Source: an uncultured Syntrophales bacterium (lineage in GTDB: Bacteria; Desulfobacterota; Syntrophia; Syntrophales; JADFWA01). From it: 64,000 bases of DNA. The stretch's first letter is position 1. Every line of letters starts with the position of its first letter. The stretch spans positions 8,576 to 72,575 of the forward strand of contig CAZYTP010000003.1 of NCBI GenBank assembly GCA_964650385.1, in the 5' to 3' direction. Shown here one piece after another: positions 8,921 through 19,108 of this stretch. The notes under the pieces were generated by a model. That model searched no databases. It was not told the DNA's origin and worked only from the letters and a program-made list of their open reading frames with translations. The translations under genes were made by a program, and so were the position numbers.

Positions 8921-9157
8921 TACTTAGTCCTCCTTCTACTTGACTTAAAAGATCACTATTTTAATATTAAAATTGCACATAAAAGAAACATAAATGCAAT
9001 AAGTTTTTCTTTATGCACAGGTTATTAATTCTCCGCCAAGGAAATTAGATCAATGTAATCGAATTATCAATAGTAAAAATGCATTGTCAATAACATTTCA
9101 AAATGACCGGTTTGATAATTGTTTAATTGAAAAATATTTATATGATTTAATAACTAC

Positions 9158-9186
9158 TTGTAATTTTACGGAATCGGTGTGATAAT
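9158..9186 (+). promoter_or_regulatory. candidate sigma70 promoter of the V-ATPase operon
   Basis: TTGTAA, 17-nt spacer, GATAAT, with TG at -15/-14 (gTGtGATAAT). About 80 nt upstream of ATG 9268, within 25%-GC DNA. Confidence 0.4.
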
Positions 9187-9267
9187 AAAAATTATTAGTT
9201 GTTATACTTCTACAGTTAAAAGTGAGGGTCTCGGAAAAGCAAGTCTGCGGATAGAGGGAAGTCAGGA

Positions 9268-9576
9268 ATGGAAAATGTGATCACACAGATCTTGGAGATC
9301 GAAAAGCAGTGTGCTGAGGAGGTTGAAAAGGCCGAGCGGGGGTACAGGAAGAAGATCGAGGTGTACAAGAACACCATTGAAGAAAAAAAGGCAAGAGAAT
9401 TCGCCCTGATTATCACCGAAGGCAATGAAAGACTGGCGCAGGCGCTTGAGCAAGCGCAAAAGCAAACAGAGGCCGAATTGTTAGCTTCAACCGAGGATAA
9501 TGAAAAGCTTTATCAGTATCCAGCGCTCAATGAGGAAATAAAGGAAAAGATCATCTCCATCCTTCTTGCGATTTGA
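9268..9576 (+). CDS. V/A-type ATPase small coiled-coil stalk subunit (G/H-like)
   Basis: 102-aa charged helical protein (EIEKQCAEEVEKAERGYRKKIEVYK). It is the first gene of the operon. Confidence 0.6.
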   Translation: MENVITQILEIEKQCAEEVEKAERGYRKKIEVYKNTIEEKKAREFALIITEGNERLAQALEQAQKQTEAELLASTEDNEKLYQYPALNEEIKEKIISILLAI

Positions 9577-9582
9577 GGGACC

Positions 9583-10539
9583 ATGAGATACTACACAGAT
9601 AAAGACAATCTCCATGTTAGGATATATGCCATGAGAGGCCGTCTCCTCTCGCTCAAGGATTATGACTCAATTGTCAGGAATCGAGAGGCTTTTTTCGACA
9701 GACTCTCTGACACACACGATCCTGTCGAGGCCAAGGAGATGGTTTTCAGGGAGCAGCTCGCCATGGTCGTCCATCTTGCCGAGGCAACCAGGAAATATAG
9801 CTCACTTTTCATTGCCTTCCTTCGCCAGTACGAGGTAAGCAACGCGAAGCTCCTTCTGGCAAAGACCTTCGGCAGACAGAGCCTGGACCAGTGGTACGAT
9901 ATCAGACCATACGCCATCCTTGACAGAAGCCTGCTCCAGCAAGAACTTTCGCTGGATGACATAAGGACAATCATGGCCGGCACATACCTGGAAGACGTGT
10001 ACGAGGATATCTCAAGCTATGAATGCCTTGAAAACCAGGTGGACATCAGCGCCGCCAGGAACCTGTATACATCTTCAGCCCAATTCCTTCCCGAATCGCG
10101 AAAGGTCTTCCTGGACTTTATGCTCAGAAGGATCGCCGTCATTACGATGATCTGGCACTGGAGACTCAAGCAGAACTACCACTGGAGCGACGAAAGGATA
10201 AGACTCTACCTTGAGACGTTCCATAACCTCAACCTCTTCGGTGGACATGCATGGCCACAGGTAAGGATAGTAGAAGAGGTATTGAACAGGCGTCTTGAAC
10301 AATTGAGGAAGAGTGGCACACAGGCGCCATCCGCAGAAGATATAGAGTACCATCTCGAACAGTATTTTTATAATTGGGTTTCATCCATGTTTCATAAGGA
10401 TTTTCATTCCGTATACTGCGTGGTTGCTTACCTTTGGCTGCTCTACTATCAGGTGAGGAACCTGTTCCGCATCATCGAGGGTATGAGTTTTGGTTTACCC
10501 CCCGGAGAGATACTCAAAAGGATCATAAGTGAAGTGTGA
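9583..10539 (+). CDS. ntpC: V/A-type ATPase subunit C (eukaryotic d homologue)
   Basis: 318 aa. The C-terminal YQVRNLFRIIEGMSFGLPPGEILKRI is typical of the family. Operon context supports the call. Confidence 0.8.
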   Translation: MRYYTDKDNLHVRIYAMRGRLLSLKDYDSIVRNREAFFDRLSDTHDPVEAKEMVFREQLAMVVHLAEATRKYSSLFIAFLRQYEVSNAKLLLAKTFGRQSLDQWYDIRPYAILDRSLLQQELSLDDIRTIMAGTYLEDVYEDISSYECLENQVDISAARNLYTSSAQFLPESRKVFLDFMLRRIAVITMIWHWRLKQNYHWSDERIRLYLETFHNLNLFGGHAWPQVRIVEEVLNRRLEQLRKSGTQAPSAEDIEYHLEQYFYNWVSSMFHKDFHSVYCVVAYLWLLYYQVRNLFRIIEGMSFGLPPGEILKRIISEV

Positions 10540-12455
10540 TGGTTAAGTTATTTGTAAAATCGGATATCAGGAAAATCAGCATAGCCCTTGAGAAGGTATT
10601 CTACCATGAGGTCTACCTCGAGCTGGGAAAGGCAGGGTTTATCCATCTCTCCCGTTCGAAAGACAGTGCAGGCGATGATATCATGATGGATGCAGGGCTT
10701 AAAGATGAAGAGGCAAAGAGTAGGGAGATTATCTCGGGGCTGGAATATGTGATGAATACCCTGAATATCCAGCCCGGGGAGGTTAGCGTACATGATATAA
10801 TGCGCGATACAAGTCAGGATGAGGCGTTCGTCTCCCGTATGAAAAGCACAATCGAACGTACACAGAAGCTTTGCTCGAGAATTAATGAATCATTAGGAGT
10901 TATATCAGAGCGTTTATCATATCTGGAAGTATTGAATCGGATGGGCATTGATCCCGGGGCAATCAAAACGGCTCGACTGGTAAAAATGGTCTTCGGGATT
11001 GTGAAAAACACCGATTGGGAAGCCCCGGTTCAAGAGAACTTCGTGGTGGCGAAAACGGGTAACTATGTGTTCGGTACTTCTCTTCCCGAAGATATTTCTA
11101 CGATGCTCCAATTCCTCAAGGGATATGGTTACACGGACAAGTCGGATGATATACGCGAGGCTTCCTTTGAAGACCTCATACACCGTCAGGACATATTAAG
11201 ACGCAGGCTTGAGGTCCTTGATGGACATTTCAATAATCTGAGGGATAAAGAGGGACACGCTCTGATGAAGTTGCATAGCACATATGTGGGATACGAGGAG
11301 ATCCTCAAAGCCTTGAGAATGTCACTATTCTCATCCAGGTCCTTGTTCATAACAGGATGGATGAATATAACAGACAAGCAGAGGCTTTTCAGTATCCTTC
11401 AAGGAATTTGCGGCGATAAATTCATCGCTATCGTATCCGAGCAGAGGGATGCTGATGCACCTGTCCGCTTGAGAAACATCAGGTTCTTCAAACCATTCGA
11501 ACTCCTCGTTAAGATAATGGGAATGCCATCCAACAGTGAAATAGACCCCACCCCGCTTACAGCTATCACCTTTGTTCTCATGTTCGGCCTTATGTTCGGT
11601 GACCTCGGTCAGGGGCTCGTCCTCGCACTGGGCGGCATTATTCTTAAGCGAATCGCCAAAAAGAAGGGGAAACCCTCAGAAGGCCTCGGGCAGGCCGGAG
11701 GGATACTGATCGTATGCGGCTTTTCTGCCGCCATCTGCGGCTTGCTCTATGGCAGCATTTTCTCGAGCGAGCATATCATACCCGCCCTCTGGATCCATCC
11801 CATGGAGCACATCATGAATCTGTTTTATATAACCATACTGATGGGGGCTATATTCATCATGGTGGGTCTTTGCGTCAACATTATAAACAGCCTCATGAAC
11901 TCGGATTATACCGGAGCCCTCCTTGGGAAGAGGAGTCTGGCTGTACTAATTCTCTATGCTGCAATCGTGCTTATTGCCGTGAGGTACACAAGAACCGGTC
12001 AGGGACCTGCGCCATGGGAAGTCGGTGGATTCATCGTCCTGCCCCTTTTCCTCTTTTCCTTGCGGGGCGTGCTTGGGCCCGCCCTTTTCAAGGAGCACAA
12101 ACCGCACAGCATATCCGAATACGTGATCGAGACGCTCATGGAAATACTGGAGATAGGGCTAAGCATGCTTGCAAATACCATCTCATTCATCAGGGTGGGG
12201 GCTTTCGCGCTCTCGCATGCGGGATTGAGTATTGTGACATACACACTGGCAGGCATGTTCGATCCCTCAATGAAATCTGTGGGTGCACTTACCATCATCA
12301 TTGTAGGAAACATCTTTATCATTGGCTTTGAGGGGTTTGTCTGTGGTATCCAATCTATGAGGCTTGAGTACTACGAGTTTTTCAGTAAGTTTTTCAAGGG
12401 GGACGGTGTGGCCTTCACCCCCTTCATACTAAAGTTAAAAACGTCGGAGGTGTAG
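10536..12455 (+). CDS. ntpI: V/A-type ATPase subunit I (a-subunit, stator/proton channel)
   Basis: 639 aa: soluble N-terminal half plus a polytopic C-terminal half containing ISFIRVGAFALSHAG (conserved Arg helix). The start is GTG 10536 or ATG 10539, overlapping the ntpC stop. Confidence 0.9.
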   Translation: MMVKLFVKSDIRKISIALEKVFYHEVYLELGKAGFIHLSRSKDSAGDDIMMDAGLKDEEAKSREIISGLEYVMNTLNIQPGEVSVHDIMRDTSQDEAFVSRMKSTIERTQKLCSRINESLGVISERLSYLEVLNRMGIDPGAIKTARLVKMVFGIVKNTDWEAPVQENFVVAKTGNYVFGTSLPEDISTMLQFLKGYGYTDKSDDIREASFEDLIHRQDILRRRLEVLDGHFNNLRDKEGHALMKLHSTYVGYEEILKALRMSLFSSRSLFITGWMNITDKQRLFSILQGICGDKFIAIVSEQRDADAPVRLRNIRFFKPFELLVKIMGMPSNSEIDPTPLTAITFVLMFGLMFGDLGQGLVLALGGIILKRIAKKKGKPSEGLGQAGGILIVCGFSAAICGLLYGSIFSSEHIIPALWIHPMEHIMNLFYITILMGAIFIMVGLCVNIINSLMNSDYTGALLGKRSLAVLILYAAIVLIAVRYTRTGQGPAPWEVGGFIVLPLFLFSLRGVLGPALFKEHKPHSISEYVIETLMEILEIGLSMLANTISFIRVGAFALSHAGLSIVTYTLAGMFDPSMKSVGALTIIIVGNIFIIGFEGFVCGIQSMRLEYYEFFSKFFKGDGVAFTPFILKLKTSEV

Positions 12456-12456
12456 G

Positions 12457-12795
12457 ATGGCCAAGAATAACCTGTTTGTGTTTTTTATGAGTAGTTCTCT
12501 CTGCTTTGCAGTTCTGTTGCTTTTCCCGGATGTGATGTTTGCGGCCGCATCAGATGTGGCCCAGGCATATACGGGAAAGGAGTGGAGGGGTTTAGCATAC
12601 CTGTCCGCGGCATTAGCCGTCGGGTTGGCCTGTCTTGGGAGTGCCTTCGCCGTGGCCCGGATAGGTTCCGCGGGTCTGGGTGCCATCAGCGAGAAGCCGG
12701 AGCTCACAGGAAGGGTCCTTGTTTTTCTCGGTCTGGCCGAAGGTATCGCCATATACGGCCTGATCATTGCGATTATGATCCTGAACAAGCTGTAA
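12457..12795 (+). CDS. ntpK: V/A-type ATPase proteolipid subunit K/L (single hairpin)
   Basis: 112 aa. Signal-like N-terminus, then GLACLGSAFAVARIGSAGLGAISEKPE and the carboxylate helix FLGLAEGIAIYGLIIA. Resembles the Thermus L subunit by recollection. Confidence 0.88.
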   Translation: MAKNNLFVFFMSSSLCFAVLLLFPDVMFAAASDVAQAYTGKEWRGLAYLSAALAVGLACLGSAFAVARIGSAGLGAISEKPELTGRVLVFLGLAEGIAIYGLIIAIMILNKL

Positions 12796-12796
12796 C

Positions 12797-13102
12797 ATGA
12801 AGAAAATCTACATTATCGGGGACATGCATACCGTAAGCGCTTTCCGCCTTTCAGGGGTGGAAGGGGTAATTTCTGGAACAGACAATGCGCCGGCAAGGCT
12901 GGAAGAGATCGTAAAAAAAGGGGATGCAGGTGTAGTGGTTATAACGAACGAGCTTGCCGAGGATATTCAGGAGAGGATAAAGGAGATAAACCTGGGCAGC
13001 TTAAGCCCGGTGGTCATTGAGATACCCGGTATCGACGACACGAAGGGTCTCCGCCGGTCGGTCGTGGGCTACATAGCCGAGGCGCTCGGCATCACCCTGT
13101 GA
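12797..13102 (+). CDS. ntpF: V/A-type ATPase subunit F
   Basis: 101 aa: MKKIYIIGDMHTVSAFRLSGVEG..GVVVITNELAEDI. Confidence 0.85.
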   Translation: MKKIYIIGDMHTVSAFRLSGVEGVISGTDNAPARLEEIVKKGDAGVVVITNELAEDIQERIKEINLGSLSPVVIEIPGIDDTKGLRRSVVGYIAEALGITL

Positions 13103-13117
13103 TCAGAGGAACGGTTT

Positions 13118-13723
13118 GTGATGGATAAAACGCCATTGGAAAGCTCTATCAGGGAAGAATCCGAACGCGCGATACGCGCCATCAAGGAGATGGAGGTCTC
13201 AGGGATCAAGAAGCTGGATGAGGCTTGTGCCGCGGAGACGGAAAACTTCAGGAAAAAATCCGAGGCTGAAATAGATGCAAGGATCGAGCAGGAGCTGTCC
13301 AGGCTGGAGAACAGGGACATCCTTGAGCGCAAGAAGCTCAAGCTCCACACCATCGAGGACTTCATTAACCATATCGTAGACGAGGCAGTGAAGGGAATGA
13401 GGAATGATCAGCGATACAAAAAATTCCTCTCAGATACGGTATGCGATGCCGTAGGCCAGATACAGACCAGAGCAGAAATTCACCTGAAGAAAGAGGATAT
13501 TGTCTTTAAAAAGGAAATTATGGATTCCCTAAAGGCAGCCGGCAGGAACCGGGATATCGGCATAAAGGAAGACAGCACGATAACGTGGGGTGGATGTATC
13601 GTCCATGACGAGCAGGGAGACCGCATATTCAACAATACCATCGAGAGAATTTATTTTAGAAAATCCCCTGCTATCCGCCAGGAGATCGTGCGGATACTGA
13701 AGGAAAAGAGTGTTGCCTTTTAG
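13118..13723 (+). CDS. ntpE: V/A-type ATPase subunit E
   Basis: 201 aa. Long N-terminal helix and a C-terminal globular part, WGGCIVHDEQGDRIFNNTIERI. Confidence 0.8.
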   Translation: MMDKTPLESSIREESERAIRAIKEMEVSGIKKLDEACAAETENFRKKSEAEIDARIEQELSRLENRDILERKKLKLHTIEDFINHIVDEAVKGMRNDQRYKKFLSDTVCDAVGQIQTRAEIHLKKEDIVFKKEIMDSLKAAGRNRDIGIKEDSTITWGGCIVHDEQGDRIFNNTIERIYFRKSPAIRQEIVRILKEKSVAF

Positions 13724-13740
13724 GTGATAAAGGATTGGAT

Positions 13741-15513
13741 ATGAACGGCATGTTGACCGGAAAGGTGATAGCGGTAAATGGCCCAATCATCAGGGCGTTC
13801 GGCCTCAACGGGATACGGATGTTCGACATCGCCGAGGTGGGACCTGACAGGCTCATAGGCGAGGTTATACGGCTCATTGAGGATGTGGCCGTCATACAGG
13901 TATACGAGGATAATACGGGACTGAAGCCAGGCGATGAGGTGATCTCTTACCGCAGGCCGCTTTCCGTCCTTCTGGGGCCGGGACTTATTGCAAACATATA
14001 CGACGGTATACAGCGCCCCTTAGTGGGCATTTCCGAGGCATGCGGGAGTTACATAAGGAAGGGGATAAAACTGTCCCCGCTTGATGTGACCAGGAAATGG
14101 AAATTCGACCCGCTGGTAAAGGCCGGGGGTGAGGTGAAGGAAGGGGATATCCTTGGAGAGATCCAGGAGAGCCCGCTCGTCATGCACAGGGTACTCATAC
14201 CCCCCCGGGTCTCCGGCATATTGACCGCCATCGCTGATACCGGAGAGTACACAATCGAAGACGAAATATACACTGTCGATACCGGCACCGGCACGTACCA
14301 GGGGAAGCTTGCCGAGTATTGGCCGGTAAGGAGGGCGAGGCCGAGCAGAATCAAGAAGAAACCCTTTATACCCCTTGTGACGGGTCAGAGGATAATAGAC
14401 ACATTCTTTCCGATAGCACGGGGCGGCACGGCCGCCATCCCCGGGGGGTTCGGCACGGGCAAAACCATGACCCAGCACGCCCTGGCTAAGTGGTGCAATG
14501 CGGACATCATCGTGTACATAGGCTGCGGTGAGCGTGGCAACGAAATGACAGATGTCCTTACAGATTTCCCGAAGCTCATAGATGAGAGGAACGGCCGGCC
14601 TCTTATGGAACGAACGATCATGATCGCGAACACATCGAACATGCCGGTTCCCGCCAGAGAGGCGAGCATTTATACAGGGGTGACCATCGCGGAGTACTAC
14701 CGCGACATGGGATACAGCGTGGCGGTAATGGCTGACTCCACATCGAGATGGGCCGAGGCCCTCAGGGAGCTGTCCAGCAGGCTTGGGGACATGCCTGCTG
14801 AGGAGGGTTTTCCGTCCTACCTGGCTACCAGGCTTGCCGAGTTCTACGAGAGGGCAGGCCTTGTTGAAACACTGTCGGGCAGCGACGGCGACATCACCAT
14901 CATCGGTGCGGTATCCCCTCCGGGCGGCGACTTCTCAGAACCCGTTACCCAGCACACAACACGGTTCGTGAGGTGCTTCTGGGCACTGGACAAGGTTTTA
15001 GCCGACGCCAGGCATTATCCTTCCATAAGCTGGACAGACAGTTACACAGAATACCTCCATGATATAGAGGGCTGGTGGAAAAATCTGGACAGTCAATGGC
15101 TCTCGGTGAGAAATGAGGCCATGAACATCCTGCTTGAGGATGACAGGCTTCAGCAGGTGGTAAAGCTCGTCGGAACCGACGCTCTGCCGTCGTCGCAGCA
15201 GTTTATCCTTTTTATCGCCGAGATGATCAAGAACGCATTTCTCCAGCAAAACTCATTCGATCCAATTGACAAGTACTGCGATCCCGAAAAGCAGCTCAAG
15301 CTCCTGAAGACTATTCTGGATCTTTATAAAAAGGGTACGGAACTTGTGCAAGCCGGCATTTCTGTCAAGGATATCGCGGCGCTGGACGTGGTCTCGGAAA
15401 TGGTAAGGCTCAAATCCGAAGTTCCCAACAAGGAAACCGAAAGGATCGAAGAGTATGGGAAGAGGCTTGCTCTTGGACTCGATTCGCTTAAAGAGTCAAT
15501 AATAGGAGAATGA
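13741..15513 (+). CDS. ntpA: V/A-type ATPase catalytic subunit A
   Basis: Walker A GGFGTGKT. Also [22 protein letters not shown]. The ORF starts at TTG 13735; ATG 13741 has AAGGA 6 nt upstream. Confidence 0.95.
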   Translation: MNGMLTGKVIAVNGPIIRAFGLNGIRMFDIAEVGPDRLIGEVIRLIEDVAVIQVYEDNTGLKPGDEVISYRRPLSVLLGPGLIANIYDGIQRPLVGISEACGSYIRKGIKLSPLDVTRKWKFDPLVKAGGEVKEGDILGEIQESPLVMHRVLIPPRVSGILTAIADTGEYTIEDEIYTVDTGTGTYQGKLAEYWPVRRARPSRIKKKPFIPLVTGQRIIDTFFPIARGGTAAIPGGFGTGKTMTQHALAKWCNADIIVYIGCGERGNEMTDVLTDFPKLIDERNGRPLMERTIMIANTSNMPVPAREASIYTGVTIAEYYRDMGYSVAVMADSTSRWAEALRELSSRLGDMPAEEGFPSYLATRLAEFYERAGLVETLSGSDGDITIIGAVSPPGGDFSEPVTQHTTRFVRCFWALDKVLADARHYPSISWTDSYTEYLHDIEGWWKNLDSQWLSVRNEAMNILLEDDRLQQVVKLVGTDALPSSQQFILFIAEMIKNAFLQQNSFDPIDKYCDPEKQLKLLKTILDLYKKGTELVQAGISVKDIAALDVVSEMVRLKSEVPNKETERIEEYGKRLALGLDSLKESIIGE

Positions 15514-16901
15514 ACATGCCGGCCGAGATTGACTACACTAACCTTTCCGGTATCTCCGGCCCACTGATCTTCGTTGAGGGGGTCAAGGGCGTTGGCTACG
15601 GCGAGATCGTGGAAATTCGGGATGACTCAGGCGAGATACGCATAGGGCAGACCCTTGAGGTGGACGAACAGCGGGCCGTGGTTCAGGTCTTTGAGGGCAC
15701 GAGCGGACTTTCCGTGAAGGGGATGAGGATTACCTTCGTGGGGAAGTCGCTTGAGATCCCGGTTGATCGCGATATGCTCGGAAGGGTCTTCGATGGTCTG
15801 GGAAGGCCCATCGATGGAGCTCCCCAGGTAATCACGGACAAAATGATGAACGTTAATGGCCTGCCGGTCAACCCCTGGAGCAGGGAATATCCGAGGGACT
15901 TTATACAGACCGGGATATCCGCCATAGACGGGATGAATACCCTTATCCGCGGTCAGAAGCTTCCGATATTCTCGGGCAGCGGCATGCCCCACAACCTGAT
16001 TGCCGCCCAGATAGCCCGCCAGGCCAGGATCCTGACCGCGGAGGAAGAATTTACTGTCATATTTGCCGCCATGGGCGTGAAATTCGACGTGGCCAAGTTC
16101 TTCATCACCTCCCTCGAGGAGTCGGGTGTTCTCACGCACTCTGCCATATTCCTAAGCCTTGCCGACGCCCCTTCGATCGAGCGTCTCATCACCCCGAGGG
16201 TGGCGCTGACCCTGGCCGAGCACCTCGCATTCGACGAGGGCATGCATGTACTTGTGATACTGACCGACATGACGAACTACTGCGAGTCCCTCAGGGAGCT
16301 TTCGAGTTCGAGGGGCGAGATTCCCTCCCGGAAGGGCTATCCCGGTTACCTCTACAGCGACCTCGCATCCATACACGAACGTGCCGGCAGACTGAAGGAT
16401 CACAAGGGTTCAATTACCCAGGTACCCATACTTACCATGCCGAGCGACGATATTTCCCACCCCGTCCCGGACCTGACCGGCTACATCACCGAGGGGCAGA
16501 TAGTACTGGAGAGAGAGCTCTTTAACAAGGGGATATACCCGCCCATTGCGGGTCTGCCCTCGCTCTCAAGGCTGATGAAGGACGGCATTGGAGAAGGCCG
16601 GACACGCCACGACCATGCCCAGGTTGCGGCCCAGCTCTTCGCCTCATATGCAAAGGTCAAGCGCATACGGTCCCTTGCATCCATCGTGGGAGAGGAGGAG
16701 CTCTCAGAACTCGATAAGATATATCTGAATTTCGGGACCGCGTTCGAGGAGCAGTTCCTTCGCCAGGGCGATGAGGAAAACAGGTCGATCGAGCAGACAC
16801 TGGACATCGGCTGGCAGATGCTCTCCTTGCTTCCGAGTGATGAGCTGTACCGCATACGCAGGGAAGACATACAGAGGTACTATATATCAGAAGGTAAATG
16901 A
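15510..16901 (+). CDS. ntpB: V/A-type ATPase subunit B
   Basis: Contains [49 protein letters not shown] overlap with ntpA; ATG 15516 is an alternative start. Confidence 0.95.
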   Translation: MNMPAEIDYTNLSGISGPLIFVEGVKGVGYGEIVEIRDDSGEIRIGQTLEVDEQRAVVQVFEGTSGLSVKGMRITFVGKSLEIPVDRDMLGRVFDGLGRPIDGAPQVITDKMMNVNGLPVNPWSREYPRDFIQTGISAIDGMNTLIRGQKLPIFSGSGMPHNLIAAQIARQARILTAEEEFTVIFAAMGVKFDVAKFFITSLEESGVLTHSAIFLSLADAPSIERLITPRVALTLAEHLAFDEGMHVLVILTDMTNYCESLRELSSSRGEIPSRKGYPGYLYSDLASIHERAGRLKDHKGSITQVPILTMPSDDISHPVPDLTGYITEGQIVLERELFNKGIYPPIAGLPSLSRLMKDGIGEGRTRHDHAQVAAQLFASYAKVKRIRSLASIVGEEELSELDKIYLNFGTAFEEQFLRQGDEENRSIEQTLDIGWQMLSLLPSDELYRIRREDIQRYYISEGK

Positions 16902-16910
16902 GGGCGTAGA

Positions 16911-17546
16911 ATGCCAAAAATAGAGCTTCCCCCCACAAAATCATCGCTTAGAAAGCTCAAGGAAGACCTTGCGTTCGCATACGAAGGCTACGATCTCCTC
17001 AACCAGAAGAGAGAGCTTCTGGCCATTGAGATCGTCAGGCGTATTGGCGAGATTAGGAGATTGGAAGCCGAGTTTTCGGATGTTTTAGATGAGCTCTACG
17101 CGGCTTACCGGATAGCGGCCATCGACATGGGATCCGAGGCCATAACCTTAAAAAGCAGCTCCGAGAGGAGGGGCTATTTCTTCCACATGGCATTTACTAA
17201 ATTCATGGGGTTGAAGCTTCCGAAGATCAGACTTACATTCAAGAAATCCTTGCTAACTATCACTTTAACAGGGACAACAGCCACCTATGACACGGCGAAG
17301 GAGCGCTTGAGAAAGACGCTTCAAGTACTCGCCGAATATGCGGTTATCACCAAAGCGATCATCATGCTCTCAAGGGAGCTGAAAAAGGTACAGCGACGAG
17401 TGAACGCCCTTGAGAAGATATTCATCCCCCAGCATGAAGAGGCTAAGAAGTACATCTCAGATAGAATCGAGGAAATGGAGAGAGAAGAAATTTTTGTGAA
17501 GAAACTCATACGACAGCGCGCATCAAAGGAAAAAGGTACTACCTAA
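16911..17546 (+). CDS. ntpD: V/A-type ATPase central-stalk subunit D
   Basis: 211 aa: PTKSSLRKLKEDLAFAYEGYDLLNQKRELL, RVNALEKIFIPQ. Confidence 0.9.
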   Translation: MPKIELPPTKSSLRKLKEDLAFAYEGYDLLNQKRELLAIEIVRRIGEIRRLEAEFSDVLDELYAAYRIAAIDMGSEAITLKSSSERRGYFFHMAFTKFMGLKLPKIRLTFKKSLLTITLTGTTATYDTAKERLRKTLQVLAEYAVITKAIIMLSRELKKVQRRVNALEKIFIPQHEEAKKYISDRIEEMEREEIFVKKLIRQRASKEKGTT

Positions 17547-17613
17547 GCGCTTGATAGCAACAAAAAAAAACGTAACCTATGGATACTTTCCATTTGGAAT
17601 TTACAGAAGTAAT

Positions 17614-19095
17614 TTACTCAATTTTCCAAACGGTTGCCGTAGGGGTATCTTTAAGAATTACCCCCTTCTCAGCAAGAGTATTCCTGATTTTATCCGAACT
17701 TTCCCAATCTTTTGCCGCCCTGGCTCCCATTCTTTCTTCAATCGCGCGCTCAATATCTTCCACATCCAACCCACGTTTTTGAGCTTCTCTGTTTCTGTCC
17801 TTCTGGAAGTATTCGTCAGGATCTTCAAGAAACAATCCCAATACCCTGCCCACTTCCTTGATATGCCTTTGAGCGACATCCAGCACAAAGAGCTTCTTTT
17901 CCGTCATGGCAATCTCTTTTTCAGCCAGATAACTGTTGATCACCCTAACCGTGTCAAATATGTAGCCAATGGCCATAGCGGTATTTAAATCATCATCCAT
18001 CGCCTCGGTAAATCTGCCGGGAAGAGCATCAACGTAGTCGAATACTTCTTTGTCTTTTCCGGGAAGGTTTATCCCTGAAACCTTCGAAAAATCTACACCA
18101 CTCGCAAGGACATCTCCGATATTTTTCAGGGTCGCATAGAACCTCTCCATCCCCGTTCTCGCCTCAGCAAGTGAGTCACCGGAAAAGTCCACGGGGCTTC
18201 TGTAGTGGCTCTGGAGCATAAAAAGTCTCAACACCTCTGGATGGTAATTTTTGAGTATCTCTTTTATTGTAAAAAAATTGCCGAGAGATTTGGACATTTT
18301 TTCACTGTCAACCCTGACAAAACCATTATGTATCCAGTACTGTGCAAAGGTCTTGCCGGTCGCACCTTCCGACTGGGCAATCTCATTTTCATGATGAGGG
18401 AAAATCAGATCCTTCCCGCCACCATGTATGTCAAATGTCTCCCCTAAAAACCTCTGACTCATCACCGAGCACTCTATATGCCACCCGGGCCTGCCCCTGC
18501 CCCAGGGACTATCCCACCAGGGTTCTCCCTCCTTGCTCGCCTTCCAGAGAACAAAATCGAGGGGATTCTTTTTCTTCTCATCCACCTCAACCCTCGATCC
18601 TGCTACCATGTCTTTGAGATTTCTTCCGGAAAGCTTCCCGTACCCATCAAATTTTTCAACAGAGAAATAGACATCTCCCTCATTCACATAGGCCAATTTT
18701 TTCTCCAGAAGGACGGTTATATGTCTGATCATCCCTTTGATATTTTCCGTAGCCTTGGGAGCCACTGTGGGTCTTGCCACACCAAGCGCATCCATGTCTT
18801 CATTATGTTCTTTGATATATCTCTCGGATATCTCTGAAATATTTTTTCCCTCAGCAGCCGCCTTCTCTATAATCTTATCATCCACATCGGTAAAATTCTT
18901 CACGTAGGTCACAGTGTAATCCCTGTACTTCAGATACCTGGTAATAAAATCGAAAACTACTGCCGAACGGGCATGACCGATATGACAAATATCATAGGCC
19001 GTGATACCACACACATAAATTCCAACCTCTTTTTTCTTAATCGGTTTGAATTCTTCTTTCTGTCCCGTCAATGCATTGTAAAATCTTAAAGTCAT
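17614..19095 (-). CDS. cysS: cysteine--tRNA ligase
   Basis: HIGH-type motif CHIGHARS and KMSKS. The ORF is trimmed to ATG 19095 ([11 protein letters not shown]), which has GAAGG 5 nt upstream. Confidence 0.95.
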   Translation of the reverse strand: MTLRFYNALTGQKEEFKPIKKKEVGIYVCGITAYDICHIGHARSAVVFDFITRYLKYRDYTVTYVKNFTDVDDKIIEKAAAEGKNISEISERYIKEHNEDMDALGVARPTVAPKATENIKGMIRHITVLLEKKLAYVNEGDVYFSVEKFDGYGKLSGRNLKDMVAGSRVEVDEKKKNPLDFVLWKASKEGEPWWDSPWGRGRPGWHIECSVMSQRFLGETFDIHGGGKDLIFPHHENEIAQSEGATGKTFAQYWIHNGFVRVDSEKMSKSLGNFFTIKEILKNYHPEVLRLFMLQSHYRSPVDFSGDSLAEARTGMERFYATLKNIGDVLASGVDFSKVSGINLPGKDKEVFDYVDALPGRFTEAMDDDLNTAMAIGYIFDTVRVINSYLAEKEIAMTEKKLFVLDVAQRHIKEVGRVLGLFLEDPDEYFQKDRNREAQKRGLDVEDIERAIEERMGARAAKDWESSDKIRNTLAEKGVILKDTPTATVWKIE

Positions 19096-19108
19096 TTTAA
19101 CCTTCAAA

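Noticed and set aside
8921-9157. An imperfect inverted repeat, TGCACATAAAAGAAAC...TTTTTCTTTATGCACA, in the very AT-rich region upstream of the V-ATPase operon.
   Set aside because: The arms do not align without indels. In 25%-GC DNA such near-palindromes arise by chance. It is not reported as a regulatory site.
14020-16944. Many long antisense or out-of-frame ORFs inside the V-ATPase genes, for example 14020..14478, 15627..16139, 16481..16870 and 11714..12331.
   Set aside because: All overlap strongly supported ntp genes. Their products are low-complexity and Arg/Pro/Gly-rich, as expected from open frames in locally GC-rich DNA.
17551-17988. A 145-aa plus-strand ORF following ntpD.
   Set aside because: It lies entirely antisense to the well-supported cysS 3' region. 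It starts at TTG without a Shine-Dalgarno, and its composition is typical of a mirror frame.
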